The position numbers were made by a program, and so were the translations under genes. From NCBI GenBank assembly GCA_016867115.1, contig VGKG01000002.1, forward strand, positions 6,449 to 70,448: a DNA stretch of 64,000 nt. The letters run 5' to 3'. Every line of letters starts with the position of its first letter. The stretch's first letter is position 1. Below, one piece after another: positions 30,778-39,368 of the stretch. The notes under the pieces were generated by a model, which did not search any database, was not told where the DNA came from, and saw only the letters and a list, made by a program, of their open reading frames with translations. Source of the DNA: Candidatus Omnitrophota bacterium. GTDB taxonomy: Bacteria > Omnitrophota > Gorgyraeia > Gygaellales > Profunditerraquicolaceae.

Positions 30778-31298
30778 TGAAGGCCGTTCTTACGTTAGTA
30801 TTTTCGCTGATCTGGGCGGTTCCGGGGTTCTGCTGGCGGGATTCCCTGGAATACGACAGGAGCGTCGGGCAATGGACCTATCAGGGGGGCGCGCTCACTC
30901 CCCTGGAAGAGGTAAAAAGCGGGGTACCCCGGGTTTCTCCTGAGTCCAGCGCGGCAAGAGTGGTTTTAGCGCCAAAGACCAGGAATGAGGCCATGAAGCC
31001 GGTTCAACCGAAGCCTAAACAAACCGTTTCTAACCGTCCGGTTGCGCTTCCGTTTCAGAACGCTCCGGCAGGAAACGCTTCCGTGAAAGCAAGCCCCGCG
31101 GCAAAGGCAGCGCCTTTTGATTTTAAAGGGGATTTCTCGGATACGGGCGCGGGTTTTGACGAGCCGACCGCAACTTTTAGCAGCCCAACCGGGATCTTTG
31201 ATGAGTCTTCGGGCGATTTTAAAAGCAGCGACGGAATATTTGACGAACCTGCTGACGCCTTCGATGAACCTTCCGCGGATTTTTCCGCCCGGGATTAA
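30777..31298 (+). CDS. Secreted hypothetical protein with 7-aa Phe-periodic acidic C-terminal repeats
   Basis: Signal-peptide-like N-terminus; start overlaps upstream stop; repeats FDEPTAT/FDESSGD/FDEPADA. Confidence 0.65.
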   Translation: MKAVLTLVFSLIWAVPGFCWRDSLEYDRSVGQWTYQGGALTPLEEVKSGVPRVSPESSAARVVLAPKTRNEAMKPVQPKPKQTVSNRPVALPFQNAPAGNASVKASPAAKAAPFDFKGDFSDTGAGFDEPTATFSSPTGIFDESSGDFKSSDGIFDEPADAFDEPSADFSARD

Positions 31299-31317
31299 AA
31301 ATAAAAGAGGAGGAAAA

Positions 31318-31689
31318 ATGCGTAAGACCATACCCGTTTTACTTATCGCCTGCGTATTTATTTCTATCGTCAGCTTTTCTTCTGCCGAAGAAAGGAAATA
31401 TATCGAATCAAAAGCCGGCCGGAGGTTTGAGGTATCCCTTGAATCAAATAAGTCCACCGGTTTTGAATGGCAGTTCGAGATGGACCCCCCCAGTGGCATA
31501 GCGCGCATGGTCAAATATGAATACCGCCTTAAATATCCCAGGATGATAGGCCAGGGAGGGGAAGAGATCTGGAGTTTCAGGGCGCTCGCAGCGGGAACGG
31601 TCCGCATTACCTTTAAATACCGCAGGCCATGGGAAAAGAAAGCCGCTGCGGAAAGAGAAGTAGTCTATTACGTAACGGTGAAGCCGTAA
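31318..31689 (+). CDS. Chagasin-like (I42) cysteine protease inhibitor, secreted
   Basis: Signal peptide, LESNKSTGFEW, GQGGEEIWSF, YRRPWE; strong SD AGAGGAGG. Confidence 0.88.
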   Translation: MRKTIPVLLIACVFISIVSFSSAEERKYIESKAGRRFEVSLESNKSTGFEWQFEMDPPSGIARMVKYEYRLKYPRMIGQGGEEIWSFRALAAGTVRITFKYRRPWEKKAAAEREVVYYVTVKP

Positions 31690-31763
31690 ACAGGGGAGAG
31701 CAAAGCTACTATCACCTTTACGGGTGAAAATATAAGCCTGAGCTGGTGGAGTTTGCTGTGCAG

Positions 31764-31803
31764 AAAGGGGCGTTTCCTCGGTTAAACGGAAATGCCCCTT
31801 TTA
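31764..31803 (+). terminator. Intrinsic terminator
   Basis: AAAGGGGCGTTTCC / GGAAATGCCCCTTTT hairpin followed by T-rich tract. Confidence 0.75.
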
Positions 31804-31871
31804 TTTTGCATAACCCTACAAAGTCCAGCCAGTTATAGTATAACCCCCTCCTTTTTTAGCTAAATTTTATC

Positions 31872-31900
31872 TTGCAAAATAATCCTTAAGATAGTATTAT
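31872..31900 (+). promoter_or_regulatory. Putative promoter of tRNA cluster
   Basis: TTGCAA-N17-TATTAT. Confidence 0.55.
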
Positions 31901-31980
31901 ATATTGTTAATCTGCAAGCGCAAGGGCCTGTATTTCGCACAAAAACAAGCAGATCTGCCGAGAAAACTCAGGTAATATCG

Positions 31981-32052
31981 GGGCCCGTAGCTCAGTGGAA
32001 GAGCAGGTGACTCATAATCACTTGGTCGGAGGTTCGAACCCTTCCGGGCCCA
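31981..32052 (+). tRNA. tRNA with CAT anticodon, probably tRNA-Ile2 (lysidine); elongator Met not excluded
   Basis: Cloverleaf GGGCCCG/CGGGCCC, anticodon loop CTCATAA, GGTTCGAAC; paired G1-C72 so not fMet; CCA not encoded; downstream of rpoD like ileX. Confidence 0.92.
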
Positions 32053-32224
32053 GAGAGATCTTTGTAAGCTGACGGTTCAGGCGGCGAGAACCGACGACCA
32101 AAAAGGGGTGTGGGGAAAAATTTTCCCCACGCTTTCGGGGTAACAGCGTCCGGATAGTTTTCGTGCCGCAAGCGCCATAGGGGCAGAGCCCCTTTGGGGA
32201 GCGACGAGCAGGGCGAGGAGCGAC

Positions 32225-32256
32225 TGGTCGGAGGTTCGAACCCTTCCGGGCCCAGA
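32225..32256 (+). repeat. 32-bp direct repeat of the tRNA 3' end (att-like)
   Basis: TGGTCGGAGGTTCGAACCCTTCCGGGCCCAGA identical at 32023-32054 and 32225-32256. Confidence 0.92.
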
Positions 32257-32362
32257 TGTAATTTTCCGACTAGGAAAATTACATCTGCACTCAAGCGAGC
32301 GGCCTGAAAGGCAAACTTCGACAAGCGGTTTAGCGAGCGGAGTGCAACTTGAGAAATTAATC

Positions 32363-32869
32363 ATGATCAGAAAAACGTTCCTTTTTATTTGCTTATTTTT
32401 TGTAATGGGCGCGAGAACAGCCTTTGCCACCGCCCAGATTGGCGATACTTTAATATATAAGGGCGGGCAGTTTTCTATCAGCAGCGAGCCGCTCGAGTCG
32501 TACTTTGATGAAAACCATCCGCGTCCCCGGGATTTATTTGAGTTCAGCTGCACCGCCTGCTGGAGAGGTTATGTCGCCACATGGAAGGTCGAAGACGGAT
32601 TCCTCTATCTGGTCAAAGTCATAGAGGGGACCTGCGATGCAGGCGCTCCCGAGATCCCCATAAAGAGCATCTTTCCGGACCGGGAAGCTCCGGTTAAGGC
32701 GGTCTGGTACAGCGGCGTCATAAGGATCCCCCAAGGCGAACTTTTAGAGTATGTGCATATGGGGTATGATTCGGTCTACGAAAAAGAACTACTCCTCACC
32801 TTTGAAAAGGGTAAGTTGACAGGAGAGCGGCTAAACGATAACAGGGCTGACAAGGATAAAGACGATTAG
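32363..32869 (+). CDS. Secreted hypothetical protein
   Basis: Signal peptide followed by TAQIGD..., TACWRGYVATW, GYDSVYEKEL; function not assignable. Confidence 0.75.
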   Translation: MIRKTFLFICLFFVMGARTAFATAQIGDTLIYKGGQFSISSEPLESYFDENHPRPRDLFEFSCTACWRGYVATWKVEDGFLYLVKVIEGTCDAGAPEIPIKSIFPDREAPVKAVWYSGVIRIPQGELLEYVHMGYDSVYEKELLLTFEKGKLTGERLNDNRADKDKDD

Positions 32870-32881
32870 TTAAAAATCGCC

Positions 32882-32958
32882 GGGCGCATGGCTCAGCCGG
32901 TTAGAGCGCCACACTCACATTGTGGAGATCATAGGTTCGAATCCTATTGCGCCCACCA
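32882..32958 (+). tRNA. tRNA-Val(CAC)
   Basis: GGGCGCA/TGCGCCC acceptor stem, CCACA-CTCACAT-TGTGG anticodon arm, GGTTCGAAT, encoded ACCA. Confidence 0.93.
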
Positions 32959-32984
32959 TAATTTAAATAAAAAAGGGAGCTGTT

Positions 32985-33704
32985 TTGCCGGCGGTGGATT
33001 TAAAATCACAAATCATCAGTTTAGTCAAGTTGCAGGTTATTGACAGCGAGATCTTCAAACTCAAGGCGGAAAAAGAGGCGAAGCCTGCGGAGATCAGGGC
33101 CTTTGAGGCTGCATTCGAAGAGAAGAAACAAAACCTCGCCACCCTGGAAAAGAAGCTGCTTGACCTGCAGAAGCAGAGAAAAGACAAAGAATTGGAATTA
33201 GCCGCAAAAGAAGAGGAAGCGAAGAAGCTGCAGAACCAGCTTTATTCGCTGAAGACGAACAAAGAATACCAGGCGATGCTGCAGGAGATCCAGAATAAAA
33301 AAGCCGACGGCTCGGTGTTCGAGGACCAGATCCTGGTCTTATTCGACGAGGCGGATAAGGTCAAGACCGAGACCGAGCAGGAAAAACTGAGGCTTAAAGA
33401 GGAAGAAAAAGTATTTTTACAGCAGAAGAATACGGTCGAAGCCAGGATAAAGGATATCGATGACCGTTTAAGCGTATTGGACGCCCAAAGAAAACAGGCC
33501 CTGGCCGATATCGACCCCAAGATCCTCAGTCAGTACGAGAGGATACTCTCAAACCGTGATGGGCTGGCGATCGTGGACGTCAAAAATAATTCCTGCGGCG
33601 GCTGCAATATGTTTGTCCCTCCCCAGGTGATCAATCTGATCAAGATGTACGAACGCATAATTACCTGTGAGATCTGCAACCGTATATTGTATATCGAAGA
33701 ATGA
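32985..33704 (+). CDS. Coiled-coil protein with C4 zinc ribbon (DUF164/CT398/HP0958 family)
   Basis: LQVIDSEI start, long coiled coil, CGGC...CEICNRILY. Confidence 0.9.
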   Translation: MPAVDLKSQIISLVKLQVIDSEIFKLKAEKEAKPAEIRAFEAAFEEKKQNLATLEKKLLDLQKQRKDKELELAAKEEEAKKLQNQLYSLKTNKEYQAMLQEIQNKKADGSVFEDQILVLFDEADKVKTETEQEKLRLKEEEKVFLQQKNTVEARIKDIDDRLSVLDAQRKQALADIDPKILSQYERILSNRDGLAIVDVKNNSCGGCNMFVPPQVINLIKMYERIITCEICNRILYIEE

Positions 33705-34243
33705 AGCGCTTTGAGATCTACATCGACGGAGCCTCAAAAGGCAATCCCGGGCCAAGCGGAGTAGGGGTGGTGATCTGCGAAGGCAAAGAGGCCGTCAGGA
33801 ATATCTCGGTATTCATCGGCAATACCACTAATAATGTAGCGGAATATACGGCGTTGATCTACGCTTTACAGGAAGCGCTTAAGCTAAAGGCAGAGGTATT
33901 AAAGATCAATACGGACAGCCAGCTTCTTTACCGGCAGCTGAAGATGGTCTACAAGACAAGGCATCCCAACATCGTCGGGCTTTACAATCAGGTTTCACAT
34001 TTGTTGCCTGCTTTTAAAGAGGTAATTTTTGCGCATATCCCGCGCGAGAAGAATAAGGGCGCGGATAGACTGGCTACTAATGCCATCAGGGAAGAAGCAA
34101 AGAAAAATGTCTCTTTGAAAACCGGGCGGGTAGGATGCGGCTGCTCTGGCCCAAAGCCGGAGAGGAAAGTCCGGGCTCCGGAGGATAGCGTAGTGGGTAA
34201 TACCCATCACTCAGCCCAGGTAAACTGGGATTGGGGAGGATGA
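33701..34243 (+). CDS. rnhA: Ribonuclease HI (archaeal/actinobacterial-like type); ORF runs into rnpB
   Basis: IDGASKGNPGPSG, TNNVAEY, TDSQL, HIPREKNKGADRLA. Confidence 0.88.
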   Translation: MKRFEIYIDGASKGNPGPSGVGVVICEGKEAVRNISVFIGNTTNNVAEYTALIYALQEALKLKAEVLKINTDSQLLYRQLKMVYKTRHPNIVGLYNQVSHLLPAFKEVIFAHIPREKNKGADRLATNAIREEAKKNVSLKTGRVGCGCSGPKPERKVRAPEDSVVGNTHHSAQVNWDWGG

Positions 34244-34483
34244 GAGCCACAGAGACGAGTCCGGCCTGAAAAGGCCGGGGTGAAACGGGGCAATCTCTAC
34301 GCGGAGAAAGGCAGAATAGGAGACGAGCCCGCCATTATAGATGGCGGACAGGCGCTGATCCGGCGCGTCATTAGTCTCGGGTAAGCTGCTTGAGTCCCGG
34401 GGGCGACCCCTGGATCGAGAGGAATGGCCGATAAGGATGCGAAAAATCGCATTGACACAGAACCCGGCTTATTCTACCCGCTC
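34124..34483 (+). ncRNA. rnpB: RNase P RNA
   Basis: GAGGAAAGTCCGGGC, GCCACAGA, GGTGAAAC, ACAGAACCCGGCTTAT; P1 GGGCGGGTAGGA/TTCTACCCGCTC. Confidence 0.95.
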
Positions 34484-34507
34484 TTTAAAATTGCCGTTAA
34501 CCGATAA

Positions 34508-34574
34508 TTCAATTTCAAATTAAAACTAAAAATTTGACATTTGTCATTTGAAAATTTATTTGACATTTGAAATT
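34508..34574. repeat. AT-rich heptamer repeat cluster
   Basis: ATTTGAC ATTTGTC ATTTGAA ... ATTTGAC ATTTGAA with inverted TTCAATTTCAAATT upstream. Confidence 0.65.
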
Positions 34575-34602
34575 AAGATGTATTTAAAGAGGAGGTAATA
34601 AT

Positions 34603-35355
34603 ATGTCAGGTCATTCGAAATGGAAGACGAATAAGGCGAAAAAGTCCGCAGCGGACGCAAAGAAAGGCGCTGCCTACACCAAGATCATCAAGGAGATTAC
34701 CGTCGCCGCGCGCGACGGCGGCAATCCCGATACTAACCCGCGACTGCGCACGGCGATTGCCCGCGCAAGAGAACTGAACATGCCTTCGGACAACGTCAAG
34801 ATGGCGATCAAGCGCGGTACAGGAGAGCTGCCGGGGGTAGTCTATGAGACGGTCATGTATGAAGGTTATGCGTCGGGAGGTGTCGCTATCATGATCGAAT
34901 GCCTCACCGACAATAAGAACCGCACCACCGCGGAACTGCGCAACATCATGTCCAAAAAAGGCGGGAATATGGCGGGCGCAGGTTCGGTAGCCTGGATGTT
35001 CACCAAGAAGGGTTATTTTCTGATCGAAAAGTCGCAGGCCAAGGAGGAGGATCTTTTTAACACCGTCATCGAAGCCGGAGCAGAGGATATGAAGTCAGAC
35101 GATAAGAATTTCGAGATCTATACTCCGGTAGCCAGTTTTGAGAACGTAAAGCAGGCGCTGACGGAAAAAGGGATCAAATGGCAGGACGCTGAACTGACCA
35201 TGGTGCCCTCTTCGACGGTAAAAGTCACCGGCGGCGATGCCAAGCAGGTCCTGGGGCTGATCGATGCGCTCGAAGAGCACGACGACGTACAGCAGGTCTA
35301 CGCCAACTTCGATATTCCCGATGAGATCCTTGAAGAGGTGGCTTCCGAGGAATGA
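34603..35355 (+). CDS. yebC: YebC/PmpR-family protein
   Basis: MSGHSKW, YEGY, TDNKNRT, DDVQQVYANF. Confidence 0.95.
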   Translation: MSGHSKWKTNKAKKSAADAKKGAAYTKIIKEITVAARDGGNPDTNPRLRTAIARARELNMPSDNVKMAIKRGTGELPGVVYETVMYEGYASGGVAIMIECLTDNKNRTTAELRNIMSKKGGNMAGAGSVAWMFTKKGYFLIEKSQAKEEDLFNTVIEAGAEDMKSDDKNFEIYTPVASFENVKQALTEKGIKWQDAELTMVPSSTVKVTGGDAKQVLGLIDALEEHDDVQQVYANFDIPDEILEEVASEE

Positions 35356-35834
35356 TCATCCTAGGAGTCGATCCGGCACTAAGCGTCACGGGTTACGGAG
35401 TGATCCGGGCAGAGCGGGGCCAACTCTCTTTGATAGAAGCGGGAATAATCTCGACCTCCAGCCGCCAGGAATTGCCCGAACGCCTAGGTAAGATCTATAA
35501 TGCGCTGGTGAAATTGATCTCTGATGTTAAGCCGGATTGCCTGGTGCTGGAAAAACTTTACGCGCATTACCGCCATCCGACTACCGCGTACCTGTTAGGC
35601 CAGGCGCGCGGGGTGATCTGCCTAGCCTGCGCCATCCAGAAAGTTAAACTGGAAGAATATGCGGCAACGCGGGTGAAAAAGGCGATCGTGGGCAGGGGCC
35701 TGGCTTCTAAATCGCAGGTACAGAGAATGGTCTCAAGTATTCTCGGCCTTGAAAGCGTGCCTAAGTATACGGATGTGACTGATGCCTTAGGTTTAGCCAT
35801 CGCGCACAGTTACATTGCGAAAGCAAGAATATGA
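35352..35834 (+). CDS. ruvC: Holliday junction resolvase RuvC
   Basis: ILGVDP..TGYGVI, VKKAIVGRGLASK, DALGLAI. Confidence 0.94.
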   Translation: MIILGVDPALSVTGYGVIRAERGQLSLIEAGIISTSSRQELPERLGKIYNALVKLISDVKPDCLVLEKLYAHYRHPTTAYLLGQARGVICLACAIQKVKLEEYAATRVKKAIVGRGLASKSQVQRMVSSILGLESVPKYTDVTDALGLAIAHSYIAKARI

Positions 35835-36457
35835 TCTCAAGGATTTCCGGAAAAATCGTAGAGAGGGGTGCGAATTACCTGGTCGTGGATACCGGCGGCA
35901 TCTGCTATGAGGTATTGCTTCCGGGTTGCGTGATGCAGCGCATGGAGGAGAATACCGCTACTGACGGAAAAGTGAACCTGATCACCTACCATTACCATCA
36001 GGTAGATCCGGCAAAAAGCATCCCCGTCTTGATCGGTTTCCTGAATCAGGTAGAAAAGGACTTTTTTGAAGTCTTTATTACCGTCTCCGGAATCGGGCCC
36101 AGGGCAGCACTCAAGGCCCTGAATAAGCCCATTTCGCAGATCGCCCGCGCCATAGACGAATCCGATGTCAAGTTTTTAAGGTCCCTTCCCGGTATCGGCG
36201 AGCAGAGGGCAAAAGAGATCGTGGCTAAACTGCAGAATAAGATCGGTAGGTTCGGCCTGATCCAGGATACGGGTAAGGAAGAGCGCGAGATCGCTGCCAA
36301 GGATATCGCGCAGGAAGCGATCGCGGTCCTGATGCAGCTAGAGTATAAAAAACAGGAAGCCACCGGCATGGTGAAAAAGGCGCTTAGCGACTCACCTGAT
36401 ATCCAGACCACGGAAGAGTTGTTAAACGTCGTTTACAAGCAAAGGAAGATAAGGTAA
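35831..36457 (+). CDS. ruvA: Holliday junction branch migration protein RuvA
   Basis: MISRISGK, GICYEV, HhH motifs VSGIGPR and LPGIGEQRA. Confidence 0.92.
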   Translation: MISRISGKIVERGANYLVVDTGGICYEVLLPGCVMQRMEENTATDGKVNLITYHYHQVDPAKSIPVLIGFLNQVEKDFFEVFITVSGIGPRAALKALNKPISQIARAIDESDVKFLRSLPGIGEQRAKEIVAKLQNKIGRFGLIQDTGKEEREIAAKDIAQEAIAVLMQLEYKKQEATGMVKKALSDSPDIQTTEELLNVVYKQRKIR

Positions 36458-36459
36458 AT

Positions 36460-37101
36460 ATGCCACAGGATAATATCAAGTCCGCTATCGAAGCCCTGCT
36501 TTTTGCCAGCGAAAAACCCCTGACCCTTGAGCAGCTCAGGGATGCATTGGATAACCTGAACGCAAATGAAGTGCGCGCAAAGATCGAAGAGCTGAAGTCT
36601 GATTACGAGGCGACAAGCCGGGGATTGCGCATCGTAGAGGTCGCCGGCGGATACAGGATGATCACCGCCTCGGGTTTTGCCCCGTTTTTAAAGAAGCTCT
36701 TTAAGGACCGCCTGAAAGAGAGGCTTTCAAAGCCTGCGCTTGAGACCCTGGCGATCATCGCGTATAAACAGCCCCTGACGCGCAGCGAAATAGAGTTGTT
36801 GAGGAACGTAAATGTCGACGGAGTGATGAAGACGCTACTGGACAAGGACCTTATCCGCATCACCGGAAGGAAGAAAGTCCCGGGCAGGCCCATTGTCTAC
36901 GGTACTACCCGGATATTTTTAGAGCATTTCGGTTTAAAATCATTAGATGAACTTCCGAAGATGGAGGATTTTTCCAAATTCGCCGAGAAGGTCGAAGAGG
37001 CCCAGATCGAGCCGATTGAAGAAGGCGCTGCGGTAGATTTGCAAAACGCGCCTGCGGAGGAATTAAATGAAACCAAAGAATCTAGCGAACCTGCGCCGTA
37101 A
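36460..37101 (+). CDS. scpB: SMC-Scp complex subunit ScpB
   Basis: IEALLFAS, LSKPALETLAIIAYKQP, GRPIVYGTT..FL..FGL. Confidence 0.95.
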   Translation: MPQDNIKSAIEALLFASEKPLTLEQLRDALDNLNANEVRAKIEELKSDYEATSRGLRIVEVAGGYRMITASGFAPFLKKLFKDRLKERLSKPALETLAIIAYKQPLTRSEIELLRNVNVDGVMKTLLDKDLIRITGRKKVPGRPIVYGTTRIFLEHFGLKSLDELPKMEDFSKFAEKVEEAQIEPIEEGAAVDLQNAPAEELNETKESSEPAP

Positions 37102-38137
37102 GATCGATGACCTGGATAAAAAGATAACCGCGCTCCTGAACCTGCGCGCCAGGGTCATCCTGGATATCGCCAGAGTCAAACAGAAGAGTGGTGAGAGCAT
37201 CTATTCGCCTGACCGCGAAAGAGAGGTATTAAGGCGCCTGGCCCAGACTAACCGTGGCCCGCTTACCCAGCCTGCACTTGAAGCGATCTACCGCGAGATC
37301 ATGTCCAGCAGCCTCTCTCTGGAAAAACCTTTAAAGATCGCTTACCTTGGCCCCGAAGCATCCTTCACTAACCTGGCGGCATTAAAGAAGTTCGGTTCGC
37401 AGGTAGGTTATATCGCCTGTGAGAGTATCTCTGATGTCTTCCTGGAGGTGGAAAGGGAGAATGCCGATTACGGTGTTGTCCCCATCGAGAATTCTATCGA
37501 GGGCGCGGTGACGCATACCCTGGATATCCTGGTGGATTCGGACCTGAAGATCTGCGCCCAGGTAATCCTGGATATTTCGCATAATCTTTTGGCTAATTGC
37601 CCGATGAATAAGATCAGGCGGGTGTATTCAAATCCCCAGGTCTTTGGCCAGTGCCGTATCTGGCTGCAGGAGAACCTGCCGCAGGCGGAAAGAATCGAAG
37701 TCTCAAGCACCACCCGCGCTGCCCAGATCGCGGCTAAAGAGAAAAATAGCGCCTGTATCGCCTCGCTCCTGGCGGCAGAGGTGTATAAATTAAAGGTAGT
37801 GGCTTCCGATATCGAAGATTCGCCGCACAATGTCACGCGCTTCCTGGTCATCGGCAAGACCGATGTCCGCCAGACCGGTCATGACAAGACCTCGATCCTT
37901 TTTTCCATCAAGGACAGGGTCGGGGCATTACATGATATGCTGCTGCCTTTCAAGAGGCATAAGATCAACCTGACTAAGATCGAATCCCGGCCTTCAAAAA
38001 GAAAGGCCTGGGATTATTATTTCTTCATGGACCTTAAGGGGCACCGGCTTGATCCAAGCGTAAAAAAAGCGTTAGATGAGCTTGAGTCCAAGTGCAAGTT
38101 CCTGAAGGTTCTGGGAAGTTATCCGATAAGCGATTAG
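37067..38137 (+). CDS. pheA: Chorismate mutase/prephenate dehydratase
   Basis: LRRKIDDLD CM domain, PIENSIEG, NVTRF, ACT domain IESRPS. Confidence 0.95.
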   Translation: MKPKNLANLRRKIDDLDKKITALLNLRARVILDIARVKQKSGESIYSPDREREVLRRLAQTNRGPLTQPALEAIYREIMSSSLSLEKPLKIAYLGPEASFTNLAALKKFGSQVGYIACESISDVFLEVERENADYGVVPIENSIEGAVTHTLDILVDSDLKICAQVILDISHNLLANCPMNKIRRVYSNPQVFGQCRIWLQENLPQAERIEVSSTTRAAQIAAKEKNSACIASLLAAEVYKLKVVASDIEDSPHNVTRFLVIGKTDVRQTGHDKTSILFSIKDRVGALHDMLLPFKRHKINLTKIESRPSKRKAWDYYFFMDLKGHRLDPSVKKALDELESKCKFLKVLGSYPISD

Positions 38138-38165
38138 TATAGTCAACGAGGAAAATCATATTTAT

Positions 38166-38243
38166 GATTACACGGATTTTTAATTAAGATTACACAGATT
38201 AAAGCTTTTATCTGTGTAACCTGCTTTTATAATCTGCGTAATC
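38166..38243. repeat. Two direct plus two inverted 13-mers (GATTACACrGATT family)
   Basis: GATTACACGGATT 38166, GATTACACAGATT 38188, ATCTGTGTAACC 38210, AATCTGCGTAATC 38231. Confidence 0.8.
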
Positions 38244-38273
38244 AGACATAATGTCCTATATTCGGATACTAAA

Positions 38274-39368
38274 ATGAGTTTAGTGAGAAAGAATATCCTG
38301 AAGATCGCGCCGTACGAGGCAGGCAAGCCCATCGAAGAGACTAAGAGGCAATTGGGCTTAAGGGAAGTGATAAAGCTGGCTTCTAATGAGAATCCCCTGG
38401 GATCGTCGGGAAGAGCGCTTAAGGCTATCAGCAAGGGTTTAAAAGGCCTTAACCGTTATCCTGACAGCTCCGGGTTCTACCTGAAAAGGAAGCTTGCCAG
38501 GCACCTGAATCTTGAGCCGGGCAACCTCGTTTTGGGAAACGGCTCGGATGAACTGATCGATATCCTGATCAAGGCCTTCGTGGAAGAGGACGAATCTATC
38601 GTCACCTCGGAGGCTACATTCCTCGAATATAAGATCATTGCCTCCGTAAACGGCCGCAGCGTCATCACCGTGCCGCTTAAATATTTCAAATACGACCTGG
38701 ATGCGATCAGAAGGAAGATAGATAAGAAGACAAAGGCCGTCTTTATTGCCAATCCCAATAACCCGACCGGCACATATGTGACCAGGCAGGAGGTGGATGA
38801 GTTTATCCGCGAACTTCCGCAGGATGTGCTCCTGGTTCTGGATGAGGCCTATGATACTTTTATCGATGTCAACGATTTTCCTAACAGCCTCGGTTACATC
38901 CGCAATAAGAACGTTGCGGTGCTTAAGACCTTTTCCAAGGCCTACGGCTTGGCGGGCCTTAGGATCGGTTATTGCGTAGTGAGGCCGGAGCTGGCATCTT
39001 ATATGGAGATTGCACGCCAGCCCTTTAACACGAATAGCCTGGCGCAGGAAGCGGCGATCGCAGCGCTGGATGACCGCGAGTTCCTCAAAAAGACCAGAAA
39101 AATAGTCCTTGAAGGCAAGGGCTTTCTTTACGACCAGCTCAAAAAGCTAGGCCTGGCCTACGTGCCTTCAGTGGCCAACTTTATTTTAATCGATGTGGGC
39201 AGGGACGGCGCAGCCGTGTTTCGTGAAATGCTCAAGTTCGGGGTGATCGTGCGCGATATGCGCCAGTACGACCTGAAAAATTATATCCGTGTCACTATCG
39301 GGCTGGCTAAAGAGAACGAACGCTTTATCCGGGTATTAAAAAAAGTGCTTAGGGGGGACAGGAGATGA
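38274..39368 (+). CDS. hisC: Histidinol-phosphate/aromatic aminotransferase
   Basis: [39 protein letters not shown]. Confidence 0.94.
   Translation: MSLVRKNILKIAPYEAGKPIEETKRQLGLREVIKLASNENPLGSSGRALKAISKGLKGLNRYPDSSGFYLKRKLARHLNLEPGNLVLGNGSDELIDILIKAFVEEDESIVTSEATFLEYKIIASVNGRSVITVPLKYFKYDLDAIRRKIDKKTKAVFIANPNNPTGTYVTRQEVDEFIRELPQDVLLVLDEAYDTFIDVNDFPNSLGYIRNKNVAVLKTFSKAYGLAGLRIGYCVVRPELASYMEIARQPFNTNSLAQEAAIAALDDREFLKKTRKIVLEGKGFLYDQLKKLGLAYVPSVANFILIDVGRDGAAVFREMLKFGVIVRDMRQYDLKNYIRVTIGLAKENERFIRVLKKVLRGDRR

Noticed and set aside
31695-31760. Possible c-di-GMP riboswitch or sRNA after the chagasin gene (GCAAAGC..., TCACC/GGTGA hairpin)
   Set aside because: Lacks the GGCAAACC-GAAA-GGGACGC P2 arrangement, lies in a 3' position before a terminator, and pairing is weak
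32180-32256. Second tRNA gene or prophage attR
   Set aside because: Only the T-arm and 3' acceptor strand are present, with no D or anticodon arm; no integrase or phage genes nearby
31992-32553. Minus-strand ORFs over the tRNA region
   Set aside because: Antisense to the tRNA and its repeat (GPEGFEPPT is a typical tRNA-antisense translation)
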